This document shows, piece after piece, positions 48,935-61,396 of a DNA stretch of 64,000 bases. Origin of the DNA: Laetmonice hystrix (Eukaryota); NCBI GenBank assembly GCA_965235115.1, contig OZ249437.1, forward strand, positions 30,690,001 to 30,754,000. The letters run 5' to 3'. Numbering within the stretch: the stretch's first letter is position 1; each line of letters opens with the position of its first letter. The position numbers were made by a program, and so were the translations under genes. The notes below the pieces were generated by a model that was not told the origin of the DNA, ran no database searches, and was given only the letters and a program-made list of their open reading frames with translations.

Positions 48935-49136
48935 GGGCAGGAACAAGACGTGGCACCTTTAGAACAACAACAACAACAAAAGCAACAGCAAAGTCTCTTT
49001 GATGTTGAATGAAGAAAGTGGGATATAAGCTGAAACAAACTGTTAAAATATGATGATCATGAATAATTATTTTAAATCGCTAAAGTTATAACTACTTTCT
49101 CAGTTTCTGTCTCTTTATCTGTGTTTGTTTGTTTAA

Positions 49137-49212
49137 TCTCTCTGCCTCTCTCTCTCTCTCTCTCTCTCTAACTCTCTCTGTCTCTCTTTGTCTGTCTTTG
49201 TCTCTCTCTCCC
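49137..49212. repeat. Imperfect (TC)n microsatellite
   Basis: Direct inspection. Confidence 0.9.
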
Positions 49213-50289
49213 TCTAATCTCAGTCTCCCACTATTCCTTTATTATGAGCGAATTGCTATTGATCGCCAAGATAATAGGCGTTGCGTTAGGCTGTAACATG
49301 ATTTTCTAACGGCTCTCTAGTTTGACGACTCCCAACGCCTCCGGCAGGGGATACCCCACCACGGGTATCCAGGTAACCGGCGGGCACGGTCACCGCCGCC
49401 GCCGACCTGCGCAATATGAGCTTGTTCCTCCGCCGGCACATTGTCCCCTTCACACAACCCGCCACAATCGATCGGCAATGTTTCCCATTCGACTCAAGAC
49501 CCTCATATCTAGCGTTAGACAGTCCTCAAGGAACAGAGCCATGATCTGGAGCATTTTCTGCGCCTTAGGATTATGGGACATGAGAACGCCAGCAAGGGGA
49601 TCTTTAGCCGGCCAGCTAGCGGAAGCAGACGTTTCATGAACGCACCGATGCTCCCGTAGAGTTTATATCGATTGGCACCCGGCGTCCTTAGGGGAGGGAT
49701 AAAGGTATCAGAGACAATTCCTGCTTGATATCGGCGTTTGATTCATGTTATATCCCGCATTGTTCGATCACAAAGATCTTCCTCTACTCACACCCGAAAT
49801 CAGGCTGTTGCATGCATGGTCACAGCAAACAAGAAATTTTCTCTGCCATTCGGTTCTGATGTAATGGTTTCGAGCCATGACGTTAATATAAGACCCTTTA
49901 GAGTCGCTCCCCCTTTTTAATCACTGCGTATTTGACATACCGGCAAAAATTGCGATTTTATGGCAAGATTGCGGAACCAAACTGCGTCGATTGCCGCCAA
50001 GCAGACCACTGGAACAAATCCATTAGGAGTGATTGGTTTGATCTTGTGCAAACCGTGCAGCGTGACCCCAGCGGAACAGCACTTAGTCTGAAGGTACTTC
50101 AATACTTGCAGCTTCCACTCAGTGGCAGCTCATTTATCGCAGGCGCCCGTAAAATGTCAGGAGTGATAATCTAAGCGTATTATCTCCAACAAATTAGAAT
50201 ATATTACCAGTATGTGTGGGAAATAATTCATCTCGTGTACGTTGCATTGTAGTGGAATTCTCTGGTGGTCGATTTCTCTTAGAGGATTC

Positions 50290-51450
50290 AGAATGTTGAG
50301 GTATAAAATGCATGAAAGGTCGTAAGGGCTCCACTATAAACGGGCCTACGATGAAAGGTGTAAAGGAGAGCCCGGTTCTTTGTCCAACAAAATGCCTTAA
50401 AGGCTCCATATTGGGTCTCTTTGAACACAGTGACGGGTACGATTAGTGTTGGCGGCCCGGCTTGTCCGCAGAAGACAGACCGCCCCCGCCCAGTCAATAA
50501 TGCCCTCGTACGGCCACCAGCCGATGGTCATTCAGGCTCAATCGGCGGGAGCTTGTTGATCTTAAAGGCCCTCCACCGTGGATGCATTACGACCTGATGG
50601 ATGCTCACTGGATCACGGCACTGTGACGTGTGTTTAAACGTGCAGGCGCCCAATCTCGGGCCTGATGGAGCATTGTTGTCTGACACGGAGGCGTGGATAG
50701 CCAGCATCTGATTCTACCCTGTCTCCGTCAGTGTTATCAGTAGCTCTGACTCAGTGCTTAATCCGCCACAGCAGCAGCAGCCGCCGCCGCAGAAGCAGCA
50801 GCAGCAGCAGCCGCCGCCGCAGCAGCAGCAGCAGTCGGGGGACAAGACGGGGGCGCTTATATAGCGAGCGCCAGCTACATCAGGCAGGCGTCTCCCAAGA
50901 AGTCTATCATGTGAGAAGGGCAGGCTCAACGTGCAACTCGCACAGTCGAGTCTAGGCGCCCCCATTCCATGTTGGTGGAGCAGCCTGGATTGGACCGCCT
51001 ATGTGGGCAGTCCCTGACACGCTATACCACTGACTGAGGCAAATGGTGATTCCATTAGGCTACACGACAACACGTGGTCATTCAGTGTCGCATTTATATT
51101 CTCGACCACGGCTACAACGCACTACCACCCAGGCTGGCACCAACTGCGACTGCTGACAATCGGCACCGGACGCACCGACCTGCGTCCGATTAAACAAATC
51201 GCTTTATAGAATCCATACAAGCCTCTGGTAGAAGCCCGGAGAGCGGGAATTTTCATTCTCACTGAGCACAATTCAGTGCAAGTCGCGCTGCGATGATGAA
51301 GATGCATGGCTTCAACAGACGCGTCTTACCGAAACAGCGGGTTGGACAGAGTTGAAGCAACCTGGACCGGCGTCACGTCATATCAAACGCTTTCAAGCGG
51401 AAGTAATTGCGTGTGCGTTCATCAGGACACAGGCGTCGTCTCCAAGAGTA
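50290..51450 (-). mobile_element. Decayed CR1/L2-like LINE ORF2 fragment
   Basis: Collinear degenerate RT motifs on the - strand: YFRLKAFDMT (KAFD motif, about 51390), LVWIL*SDLFNRTQV (WI.SYL.NR.Q.V motif, about 51200) and RALLYTFHRRPVYSGA (L..Y....RP.LEY-like, about 50350). Many stops and frameshifts. Confidence 0.5.
50769..50834. repeat. Compound (CAG)n/(CCG)n trinucleotide repeat
   Basis: Two CAG4-5 CCG3 blocks followed by CAG5. Confidence 0.9.
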
Positions 51451-52822
51451 ACGAAGCGAGGGCCCGAGCCCAAACTGTGTTGAAAGTGACAACACAACTC
51501 AGAACTGATTCTCGGCCTCAGCCGTCGCCATCGGTCGAAGGAAGAAGTATAGGAACCCAGATTCCCTTAAGGTAGGTTTTTACACTCTGTGATAACCACA
51601 GAATTATTGTTCTATAAGAGAAATACGTGCTGACAGTGCATCATATGCCTACAGCAAATACAGAGTACAACTTCGCATTTGGCATTTTAAACAGTACCGT
51701 CTCACTTTTTCGCTGTAAAATTTGCTTTTGAGCACTCATGCTTAAAGCGCCCGTCAGAGAGACCTGGTATTATTTAATCATGTATTACACGCTAGAATTA
51801 CGACAATCATTATGTCTGCCCGCTTCATACGTGCATTGCCCGAGGAAAGATGCGGGCTATAAGATCTTTTTTGAAGGTCTGCCTGTCAATGCCAGGCAAT
51901 GTCTAGCGTTGACGAGGCACACAGGACAAGGGGAATCATTTTGTTGTAAAGTTTGTTGTCTCATGTTCTGAAGCTAGGCGTGGATGGCTGCTGGGCAACC
52001 GATGGTACTGTGAAAGCAAGCGCGATCCATAAACATGGAGCTCGCAGCAGGCGATATGGCCCCTGTTGTACTTCCATCAATGCCCCCCTTTCATTATGAG
52101 ATAATCAGAAAGAGAACCCATAGCGCCAACCATTGTTGACATGCATCTCAATTTTCCTATCTAATTAAAACTGACTACACATTTGAGGAAATGATATCTC
52201 GCAATTGATGCCGAGTTCATTGGCGGTTTCTTTTAATGTAATGATTATAATGCTTCCATGGACAATACAAGCAATTCTGGAAAAAAACATGTTGACGCCA
52301 ATCATTACCAATTCAGAGATGGGCATTGTATGAAAAGGAAAACGGGAGCAGTTGTCCTCTAATTTCAGTAATGTACGGTTTTCCCTATAAACTATTACTT
52401 CGCGAAATCATCCTGCATGTGATTCTCATTTAGGACCGATAAGTGTATGATATGGGGACAAGCGTAGATTCCAGCAGGTATTAGAAATTAGGATCTATTA
52501 GAGATAAGGTTCTAATAAAGTATTAATGTACCGTAAATCAATACTAACACTTTATGTTCTTTCTGAGGGGAGACATACCCGAGCCTTGATCCTCAAGATA
52601 GCTTTATTCCCGTTTCTATAACGCCGTCAGGAAGCATTGTGTATTAGTTTCATCTCTATGCTAAAGATATTTATTGTTTATTGTTGCCGCCACAATGGCA
52701 CAACATGTCAAGTTACAATGGTGCTGTATAGATCCATACTTTGTCATACAATACACGAGATATTAGCGCTTAAAGGGATTATTCCATTGTTATTTCATGA
52801 ATGCGCCACTATATAGGGTGTA

Positions 52823-53279
52823 CAGCAGGGTGTCTTAGAAAAGGAAGCCGAAATTAAAGTATATATTTTTCAGTTAACTACATGTATTTGAAAAAACAGT
52901 CAGAACAATCTATTACATGATATTGGCTTTTTTCTGATGACGCCAAGAAATCTATGGTACCGTCATGGATGGCTGAACACGAATCGTTTCGAGGGACCTT
53001 GTCAGAAATGGCCTTGCACCAGAATATTGTGCGAATAGACCTGTCGTTAATGTGGGGCAAAGTCATTTCTGACATGGTCCTTTGGAACAATTCGTGCTCA
53101 GTCATCCGTGACGGTACCATGGATTTCTTAGTGTGACAAGAAAGAAGGCATTATGTAATAATGTAATAATACGGCATTATGTGATTATGAAATAGATGGT
53201 GGTTACCATTTCTCCAAATAATTAACAGCATCCGAGAAATAAACACTTTAATCTCGGTTTCCTTTTTTAGGACACCCTG
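52823..53279. mobile_element. Tc1/mariner-type MITE with long internal hairpin
   Basis: TIR CAGGGTGTCTTAGAAAAGGAAGCCGAAATTAAAGT versus reverse complement CAGGGTGTCCTAAAAAAGGAAACCGAGATTAAAGT. TA flanks (left end has an extra CAG). Internal inverted repeat at 52945-53129. Confidence 0.8.
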
Positions 53280-56200
53280 TACGTGTCGTATAAATGTAGG
53301 CCAAATTTGCAAGGACGGGGGGTACTGAGCACATCAAAGTAGCCGCTTGATTAGCGAAGTCTAGTAATTACCGGTTATTGAATTCATATCGTGGCCACCC
53401 GTTTCTGCAGAATAAATTGTATGCAGATTATCCAAATCGCATTCCCCAGGGCAAATGGGCAGAAACAACCAACCACAGGCAGGGTAATCCATGTTTGCAC
53501 AGCGTTCGATGATAATTATGTTTGATTTCTAGACCTTCAAACCAACACCGCACTCAGCAGCTCGCGCAGGTGAATGAACTAAGGATGTAGTAGTATTTAC
53601 ATGTTTCCGTGTATTCAAATGGTATCACAGCAAACATTTTACCTGTGTGTACCTGATCCTATCCCTGGATCGCATATATACATTTAGACATTGGATTGGA
53701 ACCGGGCGTCTACCAGTTCTGTGTTCTGATGCCCGTAATGCACTTTAGAACACAATACCTCCGATTTCCTAGCTAGTTCAAAGGATGTATAGGTTGCCTT
53801 GCGATTGGCAGTAGATGCCATGCAAATACTGCACAGTATAGACTAAAGTGAATAAGTATACACATCAACCAGTCCGAGAAACAGTCCAACGCCTGAATCA
53901 AAGCCATTATGTTTAGATGTATACGAAGAAGCGTACCTACAACATTTGGTTTGATATTGGCCACAAGCTTGAAAACAAGACAATTCTATCGCTTGTAATT
54001 TAGTTGTATTTTCACTAGAAACCACAGTAAAACAAGTGCATTTCTTCACGCGAAACAAGAAAGAACTCATGTCTTCTCCATACCTATATTAGTAAAATAT
54101 ACATTTTTTCGGAATGCTGATCGATGCTTGTGTCCTACCAGCCTGCTATAGTGGTCCCTTTTTATATACTACTTACATATGCCACATTTAGGATTCACTG
54201 TCTCAGCACCATTTCTTACTGACTAGTCCAATAAACGTAAGTGATCTTAGAGCTTGAATAGTGAACATAGTATGTCCTGTATAGGTTGCCGTGCATGGTT
54301 ATGGCACTGGATTGAAAGGATTCCAAAACTTTGATACCGTCGACAAAATGATGGATGATCTTGCTTACTTTCATAATGCTAGAGGTCAGCGAATACCATG
54401 CATATATACAACCTATAATGCAAACGATACAAGATCCTGAGATTCCCGTCATGCCTGGTAATCTAGCATATATATGAACGGTCTCCTGTATAAATCATTT
54501 GGGGGAGAAGAGAAGTGCCATCATAGAAGACGGCCTGCTGCGTGCTGTTAGCCTGCCGTTTGGAGGGGGTGCTGGAGAACGTTGCCGTCAGTATGACGCT
54601 TGCCAGGCCTTAATCCAGTTAACCACAGACAAGAACAGAGGTCTAGGGGAGACGTCCGCAGGGCCGGTGAGAGGGCACTGACGGTCACTGCCGTAATTAC
54701 CACGGTGGACGCCCGCTGACCTCGCCCGGCCAACAGCCGACCTCTTCAGAAACTAAGTTTGCTGCCCTTCATCAACCGACTAACCAGCGAGCCAAGTGGA
54801 CTCTGCCGATTGCTTCGAGAGAACCTCAGCGTTTCTCCGAGCCTTCTATCGTTCGCAAGTCCATTAACGGTTGCCCGATACCCTGTCGCGCTACAAGGAT
54901 TTCATTGCCCTCGATCTTGGAAATTTGAGTGGATTCAAAGAAACGAGCTTCCAGAGGATCTCACACACCCACCGGGAAGCACTTGGTTGTCAAGGACATC
55001 CCTGCCAATTTTCCAACTGAGGAGTTCGCCATCGTGAAAGTAGATTCTATTTGGCAGTTTCCGCACTGTTGGTGAAATCGCCTATCATCCTCATTGAATT
55101 CGAACTGTGTGACAAATAATGTCTAAATCAAGTTGTTGTGCTCGAAGACAGACAAAGAACAGGTACTAGTCTCGGTATACCCTGAATACCAGAGCTTCTT
55201 TTATGTCGTTCTTGCCCGTGTATGTTCAGTGTCGCTTGTGTCATACCACTTCGCATTCACAGCATTAAATTGCATTTCTTACAGCGGACAGAAGCATACG
55301 GATCAATTTTCCAACACTGATCGCCTGTGGTTAAACATGATTATGCGAAGATAACCGCAGGGGCAGGGACAGGGGCCGTTATGTAAATGCGACGCTATTG
55401 ATCGACGAACTAAGTAATTACGTGTCCGTTGCCATATTTAAGGGAGAGCGGACATTCCTCCGCTGGCTATCTGACTTTTATATGAAACGCGCATTCATTT
55501 ATAAGTGACCAACAAGTCACGTGCCAGCACCTCCCATCTCATCCATCGGCATTCCGTTCCCAGTTTGTGAAACTCCGCCCAATTCAATTTCTAGGACGTT
55601 ATGTGATAGCACATGCCATTACTAGAAATTCAACTCCAACTCAACGTGACATCTCTATATTTATAGGGGTTCTTCGTGGTTTGTTTTACTGTTTGAGTAG
55701 GCCTATAAAATATAGGGAGAGTTAGAGCAGAGTTAGATCTTGATGCTGACCTGTTGTGATCCACATCTGGCGTCACACTTCCGGTAAAGCTGCCTACTGA
55801 CGTATTGACTTCTGTACATCGAAGTCTCGAATTTCCCTATCCGCAATTAAAAAAAAACTATTTTAACTGGGCACGGCCGTAGCCTGAGGCAGAACAGTCA
55901 CGGAAACATTATTGGAGCACACCCCTGAATCTCCTTAACATTGGCACTTTGCTTTGCCTAGTGCCTCTGTTGATTGTACTGTCTTGCTATATTTCGATTT
56001 CAAAAAGCCGGTAAACTATAGACGATAATAGTCTCTCCAATAAATGTCAATTATAGGCAGGTGTGCGTCGCTTGAAAGGGAGCGAACTCAAGTAATGTAA
56101 AAATAAAAGTCAATTTAGGCACCTGCAGCGAATGGAAATGAAATGTGAAAACGTGGCTTTTTGACAATGACGGCAATTGGATTACTTATTGAATTACGAC

Positions 56201-56373
56201 CTACTGCTTCTGAATATTAAAGATGAATAAGGCATAGCACATAGCAATTTGTATATCAAGACAAAAAGTTGTGGACGACAATATCAGCAAATTCAAGGTA
56301 TACCGTGCGGCTGAGTTTATCACTCGCAGGAATTGAAGACAATATTCTTGGTCAGGTTACCCCAGTTGTCATT

Positions 56374-56519
56374 TGTTACGGCCCAAAACATCCGCAGAGC
56401 CCAAAATGTCAGCGGACCTTTTGAGCTGCGGACGTTTTGGGAACACCGAGGCGGCCAAAAATGTCCATAGAGCCCAACACAGCAGCTCAAAGAGTCCTCG
56501 GACGTTTTGAGCCGTCACA
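56374..56519. mobile_element. Small foldback/MITE-like element
   Basis: TGTTACGGCCCAAAACATCCG versus reverse complement TGTGACGGCTCAAAACGTCCG, with an internal TTTGAGCTGC/GCAGCTCAAA inverted pair. No clear TSD. Confidence 0.55.
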
Positions 56520-57591
56520 GTTGTTCCCTATCTGTAAGTATAGCGTGGGGAGTTGAGGAAGTGCTGTTGTTTTTTTTACTTCAAACTTGTCACAAGAGGT
56601 GAGAAACTGGCTCATTGTTTAGCGATATATTTTACTGGTGGACCCGGTTTTTCGTACTGATATCTCAAGCAATCATCGTTGCTATATAACGTTTTCATGA
56701 GTTCCGTATTATATTTAATACAGTCCTCTCAACTGAAAAGAGAAAAATCCCTGGGTTCTCTATTTCTCTATTTTCGTAATGCCATCTTCTGACTGTACGA
56801 TTGTATAAAAAGGCCCAAATATCGCGATGGTTTATATACGATTTGAAGGCTTCATGCGTATGCTCTTTATGACAACATCGAATGGATGCATCACGACTTG
56901 TAACTTGACATTAGTCGGTTGTATATGGTAACGCGGTATCATTTTCATTATTGTTTTTCTCTAATGCTAGGTGTGATAAGAAACTGATCCGGCGAATATT
57001 GCAGGTTAAAAAAATGAGGGATGTTACAACATAGTGGATGAACACTACCGCCACAAGCGGACATAGAAAACAAAGTACAATTTTTAAAATAGAATCATAG
57101 AAATTACTTTATGTGTAAGGAATGTGAGGAGAGAGCTGCGGGTAACATATCAGTTTCACCCAATGTTATTGACTTTCTGGCCCAGGAAAGAGAGCGATGA
57201 AAATCACTAGGGTCTAGGGCCATAACTCAGGTTGTCTCACAATACTATGCAAGTTTTATCTACTGGAAAATACAGTGATTTACTGACAATTGACCATAGA
57301 TGGACAATGAGTCTTTCTATCCAATTTGTGTTTCTCTGATAGGAATGAGACGAAATTTATAGCTCCGTTTCAGTTTACTTTACAACTATTAGCTCTATGC
57401 AGTTATTGTTTACTGAATATTAATATTCCAAATGATAGGAAATTTGATGTATAGAACATCAATACGGTATCCATGAGATCATGCATGCTTTAAATCTTAT
57501 AGAAAAATAGCTATGGGGTTCAGCTGCTTATACGGCGATGATCTATAGGCCTCTAATTTCCAAATGCATATAGACGTAGAATCGACTTGAT

Positions 57592-57634
57592 CTCTCTCTC
57601 TCTCCGTCTCTCTCTGTCTCTGTCTGTCTCTCTG

Positions 57635-57667
<33 letters not shown>

Positions 57668-57675
57668 CTCTCTCT
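57592..57675. repeat. Imperfect (CT)n microsatellite
   Basis: Direct inspection. Confidence 0.9.
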
Positions 57676-60119
57676 CATTAACTATTTATTCTAATGCGTC
57701 TCTTTTATGCATTAATTATCCGACGATAATACTCAAAGAGCGATTTGAACGCAAGCCGGTAGTCCCCGCGGACAACTGATTACCTGAAGGCAAATTATTA
57801 TGTGATCTCCGTTCCGAGGAGCGGTAATGCAGCACACGAAGTAGACAAAAGTCTGTAAGGCCGACCTGCCTGATGTCGTACATTACCGCGGGGAAAAGCT
57901 TTGTTGTGGGTAGCGAGGATGCATGCCAACGTTATTCTATGTGGTCAACATCATGCATATTGCACATAGCCAATCAGGCGGGTTCCTCGTTGACCCGCCG
58001 TAGCGACCCATCTGAGATTTCGCTAATTTCCGAGAAGGCAGTCTATTTACCACTCCCTCTCTAGACGTCAAATATAATATCCTATGGATAGAGTCAGTTT
58101 GAACCGGCACCGAAGACCTGGGCCCGACTGAGGTTTGTGATATTAAGGATATTGAAGTCTTTAACTGACTTCATTGGTTCTCTCGTTGTTTCCAAGACGA
58201 AGAAGAAATGACTTCCAGAGGCCTACCTATTGACTGCTAGAATACAGGAGCGGGGGTAACACTCGGTCAATGTGCGGACACAACAATTCAATGACAGAAG
58301 ATTTCAATAAATAGTGTCATTTCTGCAATATTATATCAAAATGTAGATGAGGTGACAAGGTATGAGTACAGTGGTGTTTCATGCAGGCAGAGTCTAGACT
58401 TCCAAGAAGACTCCTGTCATGTATGAATAAGCTATATGTTCCCTTTCTTCTGTGCCGCTTATGACGTTTCTGCGTTTTATTAGGGGGCTATAAGGCCAGC
58501 CATGTAGCAGTTGGAACATTATGCTGTCACGTAAAATACGAGTCATCATAGGACAAGAGAAATGGCACTTCGGTATCTACATTTGTATTTCCAGCCGCAA
58601 TACGTCTGGGAGCAGGATTACACAACGTTTTTCAGACCCAGCGTCCAGTGCCCTATCAGACTGTCTGCGACCACGTGTCGTGGACCTATGCCCAAAGTTT
58701 CGTCTGGTTCAACAGCAATAATATATACAAGTCCTGCAGCGGACACGAGCTCATGCGTGCTAGCTGTCTTTGGTCATGTTTTTTTTTTTCTTATCTTGGA
58801 ATAGAGTAGGTTCTGAGATCGTGTCGAATACAGAACAACTGAGATACAGATAGCGTATGCGTCTGTTTGACGAGAAAAATATTTTTGCAGTTGATGGCCA
58901 ATAACATTTAGTTTTCACGACCTTTTGCGGGTACGCTTCAAAGTTTCCACCAGGCACCAATGTGGAAAAAAAGAGGAGAGAGATACGTCATCTCCGTCAA
59001 ACCACAGATCTAGCATGAGGTTCCTGTGGTAAGAAACAATCACATCGTCATTGTGTGCGCGACAAGATGATCGTTTCTCTGCTCCTCTGTCGAATTCTAT
59101 GGTGCGAATGTGAACGCCTGATTCTGGTCGTCCCGAACCTGTCTGATGGTGATTGGTGGCAATGAGTGGCTGTACGCCTATCGCTTGATTGCTGCAGGTA
59201 GTCGGCAGACGTTTGGTGCATCGACTCTATCACCAGACAGAAACCGAGCAGCATGGGCGGCATGCGATGCCAGCACGTCGTGGCCTGCCATCCAGGGCCC
59301 TCGTTCGTGTAATGAATGGGTATGATTAATATTGGAATTAGCTATAAAACAAGCCTCGTCGTATCTCGGCCATCTTTGTTCAGATTCGCGTCCCTCCGGA
59401 TGTGGTATCACCTACTTCCGGTCGGGGCCCGTCTCTAACGTCCAGTATTCACACGGGGCGGAGGTTGTTTGTCAGGGGTGAGGGCACCTGTCAGAAGAGG
59501 CCGTTGTCGTGGGGGATGGGCACGCGATCGAGGTTAGGCAAATTATGTAAATTTTATAACATAGGCAAACATATTGGGCAATTTTACTCGAACCGTTTCA
59601 CAAAAATAATTGTGCCTGCAGGGCGTGTATCAAATATCGTCCTTAGCTCATTAATTTTCCATGTGAGTTTGAGGGGTATTATGTGAAGGATAAATAAAAT
59701 TAATACACAGGAAATGATCTACATGTTTGTACTTCGCTTCAGGGGCCCCGAGATTTTGTTAATGGCTTTAGCTGTTTTCACCGTTTTCACATGGACGTAC
59801 ACGTCTTTACCTATTCTTACATACATGCACGGCTATATCAAAGGTTACTTCTGCAAAATTAAAGCTTTCTCTCACTAGTTGTAATATTATTTTGGTTCCG
59901 GGAAAATCATGGATCGTTTTTGGACGATTTCCGGAACCTCATTCGCCACAACAAGAGAGCCATACACCTAGGACGTCCACCCTAGGAGCTTTTGTAATGT
60001 AGGCGTACTTCTTTAGAATATCAGTGCTTAATACTCATAGCAGGTGTTAACATAATCAATATGGTAAGCATTCAGAGTCGTAAAGTACGTAATCGGTGAG
60101 GAGGTAGGCCTATATAGAA

Positions 60120-61396
60120 CTAGACCTGTCGTGGTGAAAACCACGATGGATCCCATCCCTTGGGGGGCATGTCCCTATGACTTAGTAAGGTCATTATGAC
60201 GTTTATAAATGTTGGTGTCAATTGAAAGAGCATGTATGATTTCCTATTCATGTTCAGTAGTCACCATGGCTTTATCTTCCACCGTTTAGGAGTTATAGGC
60301 CTTAGAAAATATAGATAACGCCACTATGACGTCATACGTCATGCTACCTAGTAAATGTAGGTGTCAATTGAAAGAGCATGTATGACTTCCTATTCATGTC
60401 CAATAGTAACCATGGGTTTGTCTCCAACCGTTTAGGAGTTAAAGGCCCTAGAAAGTATTGATGACGTCATTATGACGTCATACGTCACGCTACGTCATCA
60501 AACTTGGCCTCAATTAAAAGAGCATGTATGACTTCCTATTCGTGTTCAATAGTAACTATGGTGCTATCTTGCACTGTTTTCGACTTATAGGCCATAGAAG
60601 ATACCAATGACGTCATTATGACGTCATACGTCACGCTACCTAATAAATGTTGGTGTCAATTGAAAGAGCATCTATGACTTCCTATTCATGTTCAATAGTT
60701 ACCATGGCTCTATCTCCCACCGTTCAGGAGTTATAGACCCTAGAAAATACTGATGACGTCATTATGACGTCATACGTCACGCTACGTCATCAAACTTGGC
60801 GTCAACTGAAAGAGCATGCATGACTTCCTATTCGTGTTCAATAGTAACTATGGCCCTTTGTGGCACCGTTTATGAGTTACAGCAATAGAGAGCCAAATTG
60901 ACCACTGTTCAAAACTTTTAAGTCACGTGACTCAGCGAATATAGGTCAAATCAATTGTGACGAACCTGATTCCTTTGAAACTCTCGTCAGACACCACCCC
61001 TGTGCAATTTCACAAAATTTTAATGAAAATTAAGGAAGAAGTAGGGATTTAAGCATTTTATGACCTTTGACCCAGCTTTCAGATATGTCAAAGGTCAAAG
61101 GTCAGAATACTTGCAAAAAATTAATTAGGACCCTGCCCAATTTTGACAGTGTCATCAGTTCCTAAAAAGTCTTCATATTAACTTTGAAAACCGTCCCAGT
61201 ATTCAGAACACGAATGACGTCATGACGTCATGACGTTACGTCATGTGACGTCATGACTCAGTGACAGATCAGAGTTGGTGACTATCAACATGCCTACCAA
61301 GTTTGACATTGATATCTTGAAAAATGACCAAGTTATGACCCAGTCATGACCCTGTAAACAAATTGTTTACTACTACTACTACTACGCAAATAATAA
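60120..61396 (-). mobile_element. Non-autonomous Helitron-like element, copy A (5 satellite monomers)
   Basis: On the - strand the element ends in hairpin TCGTGGT-TTTC-ACCACGA, 5 nt, CTAG|T (plus 60119-60146), the Helitron 3'-end signature. The other end carries a (TAC)n microsatellite. Internal 145/147-bp repeats. Confidence 0.7.

Noticed and set aside
50714-50965. Poly-Cys, poly-Ser/Arg and poly-Gln/Pro ORFs
   Set aside because: They result from a CAG/CCG microsatellite inside a decayed LINE; the polyQ frame is closed by stops on both sides.
54759-55070. GC-rich patch with KHLVVKDIPANFPTEE, resembling LINE ORF1 words
   Set aside because: Single short match in a frameshifted region; cannot be supported by eye.
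58500-59530. GC-richer patches with 70-95 codon open frames on both strands
   Set aside because: No consistent exon chain, start or recognisable domain could be built.
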